A stretch of DNA of 64,000 bases from a virus, in IMG/VR virus record IMGVR_UViG_3300016469_000571, positions 1 to 64,000 of that record; one strand, written 5' to 3'. Under the pieces are notes generated by a model. That model saw nothing but the letters and a program-made list of their open reading frames with translations. It ran no database searches and was not told the origin of the DNA. The translations under genes were made by a program, and so were the position numbers. Below, piece after piece: positions 28,824 through 39,031 of the stretch (positions are counted from its first letter, which is position 1; each line of letters begins with the position of its first letter).

Positions 28824-30746
28824 ATGAGTAATTATCCAAACAATTTAGATGACGCACTATCTTTGCCAATAGCAACAAATTTAGGAATACCAGATGCTAA
28901 TAGTACAACAAAAGGTGTGATAAAGCTAACAAATGACTTAGGAGGTACTGCTGATAGTCCTACTGTAGTTGGTATTCAAAATAGAAGTGTAGATTCTACT
29001 GCTCCTACAAATAATCAAGTTTTAGCATGGAGCTCTGGATCTAATCATTGGACACCAACTACAATCAGCGGAGGTGGTGCTGTACCAGACGCCACAAACA
29101 GCGTAAAAGGCATTTTAAAACTTACAAATGACTTAGGCGGTACAGCGGACCTACCATCTGTAGTAGCAATTCAAGGGTTTAGTATATCAACAACAGCTCC
29201 TAGTGATGGTTATGCTTTAGTTTGGAATAATTTAAACAGTGAATGGGAGCCAAGTGAAATAATTTCAAGCGTTGCAGACGCAGATCTATCTACAAAAGGT
29301 ATTTTACAATTAGCAAATGATCTAGGTGGAACTGCTGCATTGCCAAAAGTAATTGGCATTCAAGGAAGAAGTGTTCAAGATGTGTCACCAAACAATGCAG
29401 ATGCTTTGGTATGGGATAATTTAAATTCAAGATGGTCTCCAACAGCTATTGTTCAATTAGCTGGTGATTTGGGTGGTACAACAAGCCTTCCAACTGTAAT
29501 TGGTTTACAAGGGTTTGATGTAAACAGCACTTCTCCAAATAGTAATGAGGTTTTAGCTTGGGATGGCGTAAATTCATATTGGAAACCAACAGCAGTAACA
29601 ACATTAATACCTGATGCTGGTTCTGGAGTTAAAGGTTTAATAGAACTAGATTCTGATCTTGGTGGAACAGCATCTTCTCCAAAAGTTGTAGCAATACAAA
29701 ATAGAGCTATTCAAGATGTAGCGCCAAATGATGGAGAAGTATTAACCTGGGATAACTTAAATTCTAGATGGTACCCAGCAGTTAGTAGTGGGTCTGTTCC
29801 TGACGCAGATGCATCTACAAAAGGAAAGCTTCAATTAACAGGAGATTTAGGGGGGACCGCAGCCTCTCCAATAGTTACAGGATTACAGGGAAATTTAGTA
29901 ACAAGCACAGCCCCAAATAATGGAGAAGTATTAACTTGGGATGGTGTTAATTCTTATTGGGAGCCAGCTTATGTTACAACTTTGATACCAGATGCTTCTT
30001 CATTAATTAAAGGACTTGTTCAGTTAAGCAATGATTTAGGTGGGACAGCAACTTCTCCACTCGTTACTGGTTTGCAAGGATATGATGTTGCTAATACAGC
30101 GCCAAGTGATAATTATGTTTTGACATGGAACAATACTAACACAAGATGGGAGCCAACAGATATATCTTCTGTCATTTACGTTGAGCCTTTACAACAAATT
30201 TCTGAGATGATTAATGCATCAGGTATTAGCTCTAATGGCGGTCTAGCATCTTCTTATCAAACCGCATTTGATATTACTATTGGTAGCATGTATTTACCAA
30301 GTGGATTTTATAAACCAATAATTGGTATTAAATTTTATTGGGCTGGTACATTATATGGAGCTTTAAACTTACCTCATACTATAAGAGGTAGATTATATGT
30401 AACATCTTCTGGAACTCATGTTGCAGAAGGCACTGTTTCTGTAAGCACAGATGGTACTTATACAATTACTTTTGGAACACCATACACATTATCTGGAACA
30501 GATGCTAGAAATTATATTTATGTTGGCTTATATAATACTACAACAAAATCTATTACTGGCTTTAGTGAATACACAGCAATACCAGCAACCAATTTAGGAG
30601 ACCATACATCTTCTACAGCTAATACTATTTTTCAATACGCCCCTGGATTAACCCATGTTAAATCCAAATATGGATCTGGAGAAGTAAAACCAACAATAGA
30701 TGCATCAACAGAAAGATATGCTGTTGATTTGCTGTATTCTGTTTAA
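28824..30746 (+). CDS. Fibre/adhesin-like virion protein with seven ~60-aa DLGGT repeats and a distinct C-terminal domain
   Basis: Repeat consensus PDA..KG..QL..DLGGTA..P.V..IQ....AP....L.W...NS.W.P; start moved to ATG 28824. Confidence 0.7.
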   Translation: MSNYPNNLDDALSLPIATNLGIPDANSTTKGVIKLTNDLGGTADSPTVVGIQNRSVDSTAPTNNQVLAWSSGSNHWTPTTISGGGAVPDATNSVKGILKLTNDLGGTADLPSVVAIQGFSISTTAPSDGYALVWNNLNSEWEPSEIISSVADADLSTKGILQLANDLGGTAALPKVIGIQGRSVQDVSPNNADALVWDNLNSRWSPTAIVQLAGDLGGTTSLPTVIGLQGFDVNSTSPNSNEVLAWDGVNSYWKPTAVTTLIPDAGSGVKGLIELDSDLGGTASSPKVVAIQNRAIQDVAPNDGEVLTWDNLNSRWYPAVSSGSVPDADASTKGKLQLTGDLGGTAASPIVTGLQGNLVTSTAPNNGEVLTWDGVNSYWEPAYVTTLIPDASSLIKGLVQLSNDLGGTATSPLVTGLQGYDVANTAPSDNYVLTWNNTNTRWEPTDISSVIYVEPLQQISEMINASGISSNGGLASSYQTAFDITIGSMYLPSGFYKPIIGIKFYWAGTLYGALNLPHTIRGRLYVTSSGTHVAEGTVSVSTDGTYTITFGTPYTLSGTDARNYIYVGLYNTTTKSITGFSEYTAIPATNLGDHTSSTANTIFQYAPGLTHVKSKYGSGEVKPTIDASTERYAVDLLYSV

Positions 30747-31279
30747 GAAGCGTTTAATCTTTGAAATTCAACAACACATTCTGCTTTTCTATCATCAGAT
30801 CCAAATGCATCGACAACAACTGATAATTCATTTGATACAACAGAAATTGTAATTGACCAGCCAGTTGAATTGTCTAAATTAGTACTTGAGGTTTGATTTA
30901 TAGATAAAACCCCTGCTTCTTGACTTATTAAACATTTTCTTTCAAAATAAGCTCTTGTTTTTGTTCCAGTTGTATTAACTATTAAAATTTTTAATGTACA
31001 CAAACATGAATCATCATCATTTATAGACAATTTACTATTATCTGGTAGTAATAAATCTATAGAGCCACCAGCAGCAGCATTTCCTGTTAATAAATAATTT
31101 TCTAAATTATTTACTTTGCTCCAATATGAACCATTACTTATATAAAGTTTTTCACTTATATTTCCATCTGATCTTAAATAAATAGATCCAGATGATTCTG
31201 AAGAGGTTGGATATCCGGTTCCAGCAGATATAGTTATTCCACTAGTTCCTATAAAAAATGGATTATCTGTAGATGGTGC
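30743..31279 (-). pseudogene. Startless 178-codon module homologous to the 31600-32856 protein from residue ~50, ending in a different C-terminal domain
   Basis: APSTDNPFFIGTSGITISAG...GSIYLRSDGNISEKLYISNGSYW aligns with TPSAENPFSIGTSGVTIEAG...GSLYLRYGGTINEKIYVTDGVSW; in-frame TAA immediately upstream. Confidence 0.8.
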
Positions 31280-31568
31280 TTATTCATTATCATTTTCTTC
31301 ATCATATACACTATCAGGATCAGATTTAAGACAATACTTATATATTGGACTGTATAATCAAACTACACAAGGATTAACAGGATTTAGTGAGTATACTGCA
31401 ATACCGGCATCAAATTTAGGAGATCATACCAATTTTACAGGAAATACTAAATTTCAATATACAAATGGATTAAGCTATGTAAACCCAGTATATGGATCTG
31501 GAGAAGTAAAACCAACTTTTATTGCTTTAACTGAGATTTATCCAGTAGATTTATTATATTCAGTGTAA
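31266..31568 (+). pseudogene. Startless 100-codon alternative C-terminus of the 28824-30746 fibre protein
   Basis: SVDGAY...GFSEYTAIPASNLGDHT...YGSGEVKPT...VDLLYSV* aligns with STDGTY...GFSEYTAIPATNLGDHT...YGSGEVKPT...VDLLYSV*; no usable ATG/GTG/TTG start. Confidence 0.85.
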
Positions 31569-31599
31569 TTATTAATATAAAACTATATATTAAGGAAAT

Positions 31600-32856
31600 A
31601 TGGCTGATTCATTAACTGCAATAAATAATTTAAGAGATTCCGTAATTGCTATAGAAAAAGAGCTTGGAGTAAATCCTAAAAAAGTTTATTCTACTGTAAG
31701 AGCTAGACTGGATATCTTAGAGAATAGAATAAATAATCCAACAACACCAACACCTTCTGCCGAAAATCCTTTTTCTATTGGAACATCAGGAGTAACAATA
31801 GAGGCTGGGGAAGATGAGCCAACAACTCTTGCATTTCCAGGGTCTTTGTATTTAAGATATGGTGGAACTATTAATGAAAAAATTTATGTTACTGATGGAG
31901 TGTCATGGCAGTTAGTTAATAATTCATCTGTATCTGATGCAACAAATTTAATAAAAGGAATAATACAATTAACAAATGATTTGGGAGGTACAGCAACCTC
32001 TCCGAGCGTTGTTGGATTGCAAGGCAGATCTGTAAAAAATCAAGCTCCTAATAATGGAGAAGTTTTGACTTGGGATTCTGTTAATTCAGAATGGATACCA
32101 TCTCCAACTGCCGGATCTGTTCCGGATGCAGATAGTTCAACAAAAGGAATAATTCAACTAACAGCAGATTTAAGCGGAACAGCCGCTTCTCCAAAAGTAG
32201 TTGCTATTCAAAACAGAAATGTTAAAGATCAAGCCCCAAATAATGGAGAGCTTTTAATATGGAATTCTTTAAATAGTGAATGGACTCCTGGAGTTGTTCA
32301 AGACGCAGATGCATCTACAAAAGGATTAATACAATTATCTTTAGACATATCTGGAACAGCAGATTCTCCTTTAGTATCTGGAATACTTGGATTTCCAATA
32401 CTAGGAGAAGTATATAATGGCTATGGAATATGCTTTAATGAGCCAGATAATGAATGGAATAATGTATTTATAGATGGATACTCTAATTTAGCTTTGTTTT
32501 CCGGAGTAGAAACTATTATAGGATCTGGATCAGAATCTTATAATAGTATAGGCGTATTGCAAATCAATGCAGATGAATATGGTCAAAGTCCTACTTTTAT
32601 ATTTGAAGCTATATTTCAAGCAACATCAGGAGAAATAGCAGAGGTTAGATTATACAATCTAACCGATGGCGCACCAGTATCAGGTTCTTTATTATCAACC
32701 TCTTCAAATATTTTTGAATATAATTCAGCAATTCTTACTTTATCAGGAAACAAATTATATGAAGCTCAATGTAGAATAACAAATCCAACACCAGGAGTAT
32801 CTGATGGTATAATTTGTGGTAATATTAATATAAGAGTTAAACTAAGAAACTTCTAA
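31600..32856 (+). CDS. Fibre-like virion protein with three DLGGT-type repeats
   Basis: Same repeat as 28824-30746; AAGGA Shine-Dalgarno. Confidence 0.7.
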   Translation: MADSLTAINNLRDSVIAIEKELGVNPKKVYSTVRARLDILENRINNPTTPTPSAENPFSIGTSGVTIEAGEDEPTTLAFPGSLYLRYGGTINEKIYVTDGVSWQLVNNSSVSDATNLIKGIIQLTNDLGGTATSPSVVGLQGRSVKNQAPNNGEVLTWDSVNSEWIPSPTAGSVPDADSSTKGIIQLTADLSGTAASPKVVAIQNRNVKDQAPNNGELLIWNSLNSEWTPGVVQDADASTKGLIQLSLDISGTADSPLVSGILGFPILGEVYNGYGICFNEPDNEWNNVFIDGYSNLALFSGVETIIGSGSESYNSIGVLQINADEYGQSPTFIFEAIFQATSGEIAEVRLYNLTDGAPVSGSLLSTSSNIFEYNSAILTLSGNKLYEAQCRITNPTPGVSDGIICGNINIRVKLRNF

Positions 32857-32862
32857 GGTAAA

Positions 32863-34212
32863 ATGGCAAATGCTTATTTTTTAAATCATACAATAGATAC
32901 AAGCACAACTAATAATTATTTTAATGTAATATGGAAATTAACAAGGGCAATGAAATCTTCTGGTTGGACTACTGTATATCATTCAGATGGTGTTACAAAA
33001 TCAAATACTGGTGATAGTTGGGGTGTTAACGTCAATCCAGCAGATGATACATATCCTGCTTTTAACTCCGCGGCTGCTTGGATCGTTATGAGAGGACCAA
33101 GCACAATAAAGCTAAACTTTACTACTGCTCCAGGCAATCTTGTACGAGGTGAAAGCATTACACAAGCTGTTAGCGGGGCTACAGGAGAATTATTAGGAAT
33201 AGTTTGGGACGGGTCTACTGGCTGGGCTGTAGTAATGCCTAGAACTGGAACATTTGACGCAACAAATGTAATTACTGGTGGAATAAGTGGACAAACATTT
33301 ACTCCAACATCAGTTCAAACTTATGTTCGTGAATTTATGTTTGCAAAATCAAGTGCAAACGTAACTTCAGGAACGATATATTACATTTGTGCAGAACAAA
33401 CATCAGAATCAACTTCTTTATTTAGCACTCTTGCGGCTTCTGCTGGTTGTACCGCGACCATACCTCCTGGTTCTGGAGGTACAGGCAATTCTTTTCCATC
33501 TATAGGAGTTTGTTGTAAAGGTGCTGCGGGTTCTGTCTCACATAATTCTTTTTTTGTAAACAGTGGTATAGGAACATATGCTAATCTTTTAGCAGCAAAT
33601 GCAACCCCAAGCTCAGGAATTTCAGCAGATGGTAGTTTTTGGTCTTTACCACAAACTACATCAAGTCAAAGTTTAGCTTTTGGATTTGTTAGAGTTGAAG
33701 ATTCTGAACCTGGAGATGTTGATCCATATGTAATATTTACCATGTCAAATACAACACCAACTACTTACACAAATAATACAACAGTAGGTGGAGCGGCTTT
33801 ATTTACATTAGCCTCATATTTTTCATATATATCTTCAACAAACTCAATACAATTATTCTGGGTTGGATATGTTGCTAGAGGTGTCGGTCAACCTACAAGA
33901 GAAAAGGCTGTCGCTTGGGTTGCATTAGCAACAAATTCTACTTACGTAAATACTGGGGTTAATACAAAACTATCTAACTATCCTGGAGCTGATTCTGTAA
34001 CTCCTTATTTAAGGGAGTTTCCTTTATTAATTTCAAATAGAACCACAGAGGTTTGGCATAAAGGAAGACCAAGATGGTATTTTTACAGTACTGTTGGCGC
34101 TCATATGGATACATTAGATAGTAAAAGATTTGTTGTTATTTCTGCTAGAAATGGAAACACAAATCCTTCTTTTTGTGTTGGACCTTGGGATGGATCAACA
34201 AACCCACTATAA
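32863..34212 (+). CDS. Putative virion structural protein (G/S/T-rich)
   Basis: Composition and position in the fibre operon. Confidence 0.55.
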   Translation: MANAYFLNHTIDTSTTNNYFNVIWKLTRAMKSSGWTTVYHSDGVTKSNTGDSWGVNVNPADDTYPAFNSAAAWIVMRGPSTIKLNFTTAPGNLVRGESITQAVSGATGELLGIVWDGSTGWAVVMPRTGTFDATNVITGGISGQTFTPTSVQTYVREFMFAKSSANVTSGTIYYICAEQTSESTSLFSTLAASAGCTATIPPGSGGTGNSFPSIGVCCKGAAGSVSHNSFFVNSGIGTYANLLAANATPSSGISADGSFWSLPQTTSSQSLAFGFVRVEDSEPGDVDPYVIFTMSNTTPTTYTNNTTVGGAALFTLASYFSYISSTNSIQLFWVGYVARGVGQPTREKAVAWVALATNSTYVNTGVNTKLSNYPGADSVTPYLREFPLLISNRTTEVWHKGRPRWYFYSTVGAHMDTLDSKRFVVISARNGNTNPSFCVGPWDGSTNPL

Positions 34213-34221
34213 TAGGATAAA

Positions 34222-34587
34222 ATGGCTGAATTAGGATTATCTGGCAGTACTACAGGTCAAGGCTCAACAACATTAGCTACAGGAGATTTAGGATTCAGAG
34301 AAGGTAGCTCCACATTTAAATATCAAAGCGATGCTATTAATATTAGAGATTATTTTGATAAATATGTTATAGATCCTAAATTTTCTGTTAATATAGAAAG
34401 CGTTCCTATAAGTCAGCCAGTAACATATTTTGTAATGAGAGGGTTAGATCCAGACTGCATTACAGTAACATATAGATTTTGGACAGTATCAGGATCTCCA
34501 GACCTAAGCGGAGCTAGCTATTCTGGTCCTAAATGTGGCGTAAGCTCATTAACAGATATCGTTGTTGTTCATAGATATACTATTTAA
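34222..34587 (+). CDS. Putative small virion protein
   Basis: Last gene of the + strand fibre operon; AGGA Shine-Dalgarno. Confidence 0.5.
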   Translation: MAELGLSGSTTGQGSTTLATGDLGFREGSSTFKYQSDAINIRDYFDKYVIDPKFSVNIESVPISQPVTYFVMRGLDPDCITVTYRFWTVSGSPDLSGASYSGPKCGVSSLTDIVVVHRYTI

Positions 34588-35129
34588 ATTTTTGATAAAA
34601 CAGTATCGACCAACATAATTCTTTCTTGCATATTTGCTGTATTAATAGGAATATATTTTATATTTTCAAATTCAAATAAACATTTAATCATTGCATCAAT
34701 TGTAATTACACCTTCCCAAGTTAACTCTTCTCTTACTCCATCTTGGGCTAATGTTTCTTTAGCTGGTCTAACAAAAAATACAATAGAATCTTTATTATTT
34801 AAAGATTTTACATATTGTTTGTACTCTTCTGTTTCTTTTATTGTGCTTAAAATATTTGTATGATTAGCAGTATATGCTAAACAATCAATAGATCTATCTG
34901 AAACAAAAGAGCTATGTTTTTGCTCTTCAAGTAATTGTCTAAAAAATATAGCTTCTTGAAATGAATTAGCTACATTGATATCAGTTCTTAAAGTTTTTAG
35001 ATTTAATTCTCTTTCCGATAAAATAGATCTAGCAACTTCTGTAATCATTGGAAGGTTATATTTTTGAGAAATATATCTGGCTAATGTTGTTTTACCTACG
35101 CTATGACTTCCTGCTAAATAAACTTTCAT
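34584..35129 (-). CDS. P-loop nucleotide kinase (NadR/AAA_28-like)
   Basis: GSHSVGKTT, EVAR, SDRS..D..AY. Confidence 0.8.
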   Translation of the reverse strand: MKVYLAGSHSVGKTTLARYISQKYNLPMITEVARSILSERELNLKTLRTDINVANSFQEAIFFRQLLEEQKHSSFVSDRSIDCLAYTANHTNILSTIKETEEYKQYVKSLNNKDSIVFFVRPAKETLAQDGVREELTWEGVITIDAMIKCLFEFENIKYIPINTANMQERIMLVDTVLSKI

Positions 35130-35137
35130 ACTTTTCC

Positions 35138-35314
35138 TTAAGTTGTTTCAATTTCGTTTAATATTTTTTCAAATTCTTCTTTGCTAAGAAGAACAGAATT
35201 TACAATAAAAGATTGTTGATTATTTATTAAATTTCTTGCTGAAATTGTTAATTGAATTTTTTCATTTATTTTTTTAATTTCTAAATAGCTACCATCTTTG
35301 TATTCAATCTTCAT
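35138..35314 (-). CDS. Small hypothetical protein (58 aa; not in the ORF track)
   Basis: MKIEYKDGSYLEIKK...EIETT*; fills the gap exactly. Confidence 0.55.
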   Translation of the reverse strand: MKIEYKDGSYLEIKKINEKIQLTISARNLINNQQSFIVNSVLLSKEEFEKILNEIETT

Positions 35315-35474
35315 TATAGCCGCCTAATAATGCTATTATTTTTTCATTTTTTAAAACAACACCTAATACTTTTGGATTTATTAATTTATAATCTGAAAAA
35401 TATTTTAAAGCATCATTTAAATAATAAAACCTACATATCTGATAATTTTTTATATTTAATTTTAATTCATACAT
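35304..35474 (-). CDS. Small hypothetical protein
   Basis: ATG 35474 directly follows the map stop codon. Confidence 0.45.
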   Translation of the reverse strand: MYELKLNIKNYQICRFYYLNDALKYFSDYKLINPKVLGVVLKNEKIIALLGGYNED

Positions 35475-35475
35475 T

Positions 35476-36249
35476 TTATCCTGTAATAATTTCTGGACCA
35501 GATTTGTGTAAATAAATTGTATGCTCAAAATGAGCGCTTAAGTCTTTTGTAACAACTGTCCAATTATCTTGGAGAGTTTTTGTTTCATTTGAAAACCCTA
35601 GACAAAATAAAGGCTCTATAGCAAAAGACATTCCTTCTTGCAGTCTAATACCAGAATCTTTATCACTTCGATTAGAAACAAATGGTGAGTCATGTGGCTT
35701 GTTCATTGATATAAAATGACCACCATATTTTTCTATTACTTGAAAATTATAAGTTTTTCCAGTTTTATAAATAGAGTGACCTATTACTCCTAATTTAGCG
35801 CCTACTTTAACTTTAGAAATAGCTTCTTTTAAAGCAAGTTCTGTATATTTTACAAGATCTTGTGCTTTTTTATTTTCTCCTATTATTATTGTAATAGCAG
35901 AATCAGCTATTGCTCCTTCAAACGTTGCTCCTAAATCAAAACTAACTACATCTCCATTAAAAAATGGCTTATCTTTTGGTATTCCATGAACAAGCTCATT
36001 GTTCACAGATATACAAACTGCTTCTGGAAATCCATGAAAGCCTTTAAATGTAGGTTGGCATTTATTGTCTAATATAAAGGTCTCAATTAATTTTGAACAA
36101 CCTAAACCAGTTCTTTTGTGTGCCTCTGTTTTCAAAATAGACAAAGCTTGAGAAACAACTTTTCCGGCTATTCTTTGTTTCTCAAGCCATTCACTATTAT
36201 GAATAACACACAAAAGATTATCAACATAACCTTTTGAATGTATTTTCAT
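35476..36249 (-). CDS. map: Methionine aminopeptidase type I
   Basis: CISVNNELVHGIP, SFDLG, IADSA, GGH, AIEP, SAHFEHT. Confidence 0.95.
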   Translation of the reverse strand: MKIHSKGYVDNLLCVIHNSEWLEKQRIAGKVVSQALSILKTEAHKRTGLGCSKLIETFILDNKCQPTFKGFHGFPEAVCISVNNELVHGIPKDKPFFNGDVVSFDLGATFEGAIADSAITIIIGENKKAQDLVKYTELALKEAISKVKVGAKLGVIGHSIYKTGKTYNFQVIEKYGGHFISMNKPHDSPFVSNRSDKDSGIRLQEGMSFAIEPLFCLGFSNETKTLQDNWTVVTKDLSAHFEHTIYLHKSGPEIITG

Positions 36250-36250
36250 A

Positions 36251-36433
36251 TTACTCTTTTTTTTCTTCTTTAAATTGATTTATAATCTCTTCATTTAATT
36301 TATTATCTAAATCAGATAAAACCTCAATTAATTTAAAAGATGTTTTTTTGTTTGTTTTTGGATTTTCTATTTGATAATAAATATAATTTCTTATATTTAT
36401 TAAATCAGATATTTCACTTATTTTCTTTTTCAT
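36251..36433 (-). CDS. Small hypothetical protein
   Basis: 60-aa ORF in operon. Confidence 0.5.
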   Translation of the reverse strand: MKKKISEISDLINIRNYIYYQIENPKTNKKTSFKLIEVLSDLDNKLNEEIINQFKEEKKE

Positions 36434-36614
36434 TTAGCACTACATTTCCTTCTGGAGTTATTACATGATTTACTGTTAATCCATTGTTAATATAAACATT
36501 TAATATTTTATTTGTATATTTTAACTCTGCAATTTCTAATTGCAATTGAGCTATTTTTTTTTCTAATGTAGCTACATCAATAATTGCTCTATCTTTATCT
36601 GAGATTTTTTCCAT
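36414..36614 (-). CDS. Small coiled-coil hypothetical protein
   Basis: 66 aa with AAGG Shine-Dalgarno. Confidence 0.55.
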   Translation of the reverse strand: MEKISDKDRAIIDVATLEKKIAQLQLEIAELKYTNKILNVYINNGLTVNHVITPEGNVVLNEKENK

Positions 36615-36620
36615 TTTACC

Positions 36621-37898
36621 TTATAATAATTTAGCAGCCTCGGTTGCCAATCTGGATCTTTCACCTTTCATCAAAGTTACGTTTCCAAATATTTTAGAAC
36701 CTTTGAAAGCTTTTATAACTTTAGATAAGCCGTTGTTCATTATATTTAGATTTTTTGAATCTATTTGATTAGCATCTCCAGTTAATACTATTTTGGTGCC
36801 ATTTCCTGCTCTTGTTAGTAATGTTTTTATTTCGTGTTCGGAAAAGTTTTGAGCCTCATCAACAATAATAAAAGCATTTGGAATAGATCTACCTCTAGCA
36901 AATGTAATCAAATCTAATTCTATTTTACCTTTATTTACATACATTTCAAAATCTTTTTTCCATGTTTGACCTCTATCTTTGCTAGAGAATAGTAGCTCCA
37001 TAGAATCCATAATTGCTGCAAAGTGTGGGTTTTTCTTTTCTTCCAAATCTCCTGGTAAAAATCCTATGTCATTTCCTACAACTTCAACAGGTCGATAAAT
37101 AATTAACTTATCATAAGATTTATGATTTAAAACAGCTTCTAAGCCACAAGCTAAAACACATAAGCTTTTACCTGAACCAGCAACACCTAAAGCAGTTACA
37201 AGCTCTACGCTTTTGTCTAAAGATAATTCCATTAAGCATAATTGATCTTTATTTCTTGGAGTTAAATTCCAAGGCTTATGATCTCTTACTAGTTTTAATT
37301 TACCATTTGCCATTTTTCTTGATAATCCATAATTTTTCTCTGAATTATCATTAAATAATATAAATGAGTTTGTATCTAGTTCAAAAGGATCATCTACAGA
37401 ACCATTTGATTGAAGTTCAACGCCTATAGTATAATCATCTGAATATTTCATATGATTATTTAAATCTAAAAATGATATAGATTTTGTTCTATTAACCGCA
37501 GACATTTCAAATGCTTTTGCTTTAATTCTTAAATTAATATCTGCTGTAACTATACATACTTCTTTACCAGATAATCTTTGAATTTTAAAAGCACAGGATA
37601 AGATTTTATTATCTCCATATTTCATGTCTTGTAATAGATTTTCATCAAAATCAAAATCTATTTTTATTCTAGAGTTTTTCTGTATGCTTACATTTGATTC
37701 TTTAGAGTCTGTAAAAATCTCATCTAAAACTCTAATTGCAGCTCTAGCATTTTGAGATACTTCTCCTTGGTATTTTTTTAATTTATCCAATTCTTCTAAA
37801 ACTACATATGGAATAACAATTTGACAATCTTCAAATGAATATACAAGAGTTGGGTCTTCAACTAAAGCAGATGTGTCAAGTACGTAGATTTTGTTCAT
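36621..37898 (-). CDS. phoH: PIN-PhoH protein
   Basis: VLDTS, EELD, DNKIL, TADINLR (PIN); GVAGSGKS, GFLPG, RGRS, DEAQN, LTRAG, GDANQ (PhoH). Confidence 0.93.
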   Translation of the reverse strand: MNKIYVLDTSALVEDPTLVYSFEDCQIVIPYVVLEELDKLKKYQGEVSQNARAAIRVLDEIFTDSKESNVSIQKNSRIKIDFDFDENLLQDMKYGDNKILSCAFKIQRLSGKEVCIVTADINLRIKAKAFEMSAVNRTKSISFLDLNNHMKYSDDYTIGVELQSNGSVDDPFELDTNSFILFNDNSEKNYGLSRKMANGKLKLVRDHKPWNLTPRNKDQLCLMELSLDKSVELVTALGVAGSGKSLCVLACGLEAVLNHKSYDKLIIYRPVEVVGNDIGFLPGDLEEKKNPHFAAIMDSMELLFSSKDRGQTWKKDFEMYVNKGKIELDLITFARGRSIPNAFIIVDEAQNFSEHEIKTLLTRAGNGTKIVLTGDANQIDSKNLNIMNNGLSKVIKAFKGSKIFGNVTLMKGERSRLATEAAKLL

Positions 37899-37917
37899 TA
37901 ATGTCCTTTGAAAAAGA

Positions 37918-37963
37918 AAAAGATCCCTAACATTTTTCTATAATTATATGTTAAGGATCTTTT
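37918..37963. promoter_or_regulatory. Imperfect inverted repeat upstream of phoH
   Basis: aaaagatccctaacat-N14-atgttaaggatctttt. Confidence 0.45.
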
Positions 37964-38029
37964 AAGCTCATATTACTTTCATATGAAAAGTGATTTTATT
38001 ACAGCAGGAATTATTTTATATATATGGCA

Positions 38030-38368
38030 TCACAAAATTGTATTAAATTCTATAACGGCTTCTATATATATTTGATTTTTTCTATCAATTTCTGATAAAT
38101 CTTTTTTTATTTTATAAAAAGGCTTTATCATTCTAGCTATTTCTTTATTTTCAAAGTATACAACAAAATCATCCTCGTCAAGGACTTTTAAGTTATTCTT
38201 TTTAAGAATTTCTTTTATTTTAATTTTATTATCAATGGTATCTTGATCAAACAAACTACTTACATTTAATTCTAATGCTTCTAGAATTGATTTTAGAAAT
38301 TTATTTTTTTCTTCTTTTTCAAAAGATTGCTTATCTTCTGACATGTTTAAAAAATATGTTTGCTTCAT
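38030..38368 (-). CDS. Hypothetical protein
   Basis: 112-aa ORF. Confidence 0.6.
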   Translation of the reverse strand: MKQTYFLNMSEDKQSFEKEEKNKFLKSILEALELNVSSLFDQDTIDNKIKIKEILKKNNLKVLDEDDFVVYFENKEIARMIKPFYKIKKDLSEIDRKNQIYIEAVIEFNTIL

Positions 38369-38383
38369 TAATTATATTTTTAT

Positions 38384-39031
38384 TTATGAAGAGCACATAA
38401 CACATGCTTCTGGATTATCTAAAGAACATGCAAGCTCTTCTTGATTTTGAAGCTGTTTATTTTTTAATTCATCTTCTATTTTTCTATCTACTGTGAATTT
38501 TTGAGCACCCTTGTTTTGAGTTCTAGTATAATACACAATTGTTTTCAATCCTTTTTTCCATCCATAAAAATAAGCCGAAGTTAGTTTTGCAAATGTAGGG
38601 TCTTTAAAATAAAGATTTAAAGATTGTGATTGACATATAAATGCACCACGATCAGCAGACATGTCTATTAATGTTTTTTGAGACATTTCCCATACTGTTT
38701 TGTATAAAGATTTTAAATTATCTGGTATTTCATCAATGTTTTGAATTGATCCCTCGGATGCAATAATTTTTTGTCTTATTGTATCATCCCATAAATTTAA
38801 ATCAATTAAATCATCTACTAGATATTTATTTATCATAATAAATTCTCCAGAAGAAGTTGATCTTTTATATAAATTGGATGTAATTGCTTCAAAACACTCT
38901 GTATTTCCCATGATTTGACTTGTATTATGAGAAACAACACCATTTGATAGCAAATATTGATGATTTTCATTCACTTCCAAATCCCATGTTGGAATCGCCT
39001 CTTGCAATTTTTTTATTGATTTTATTTTCAT
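38384..39031 (-). CDS. nrdA: RNR alpha part 3: split-intein C-half (36 aa) plus C-terminal extein (179 aa)
   Basis: MKIKSIKK...TWDLEV...NGVVSHN|TSQIMG; extein contains QSQSLN, YY radical-relay tyrosines and terminal CVMC; AAGGA Shine-Dalgarno. Confidence 0.92.
   Translation of the reverse strand: MKIKSIKKLQEAIPTWDLEVNENHQYLLSNGVVSHNTSQIMGNTECFEAITSNLYKRSTSSGEFIMINKYLVDDLIDLNLWDDTIRQKIIASEGSIQNIDEIPDNLKSLYKTVWEMSQKTLIDMSADRGAFICQSQSLNLYFKDPTFAKLTSAYFYGWKKGLKTIVYYTRTQNKGAQKFTVDRKIEDELKNKQLQNQEELACSLDNPEACVMCSS

Noticed and set aside
30743-31030. 95-aa TTG-start ORF as a stand-alone gene
   Set aside because: Its frame and homology extend upstream to 31279, so it is the tail of a startless module.
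30440-31568. Diversity-generating retroelement TR/VR pair in the fibre C-termini
   Set aside because: Differences between the copies are many and not confined to adenines, and no reverse transcriptase is present in the window.
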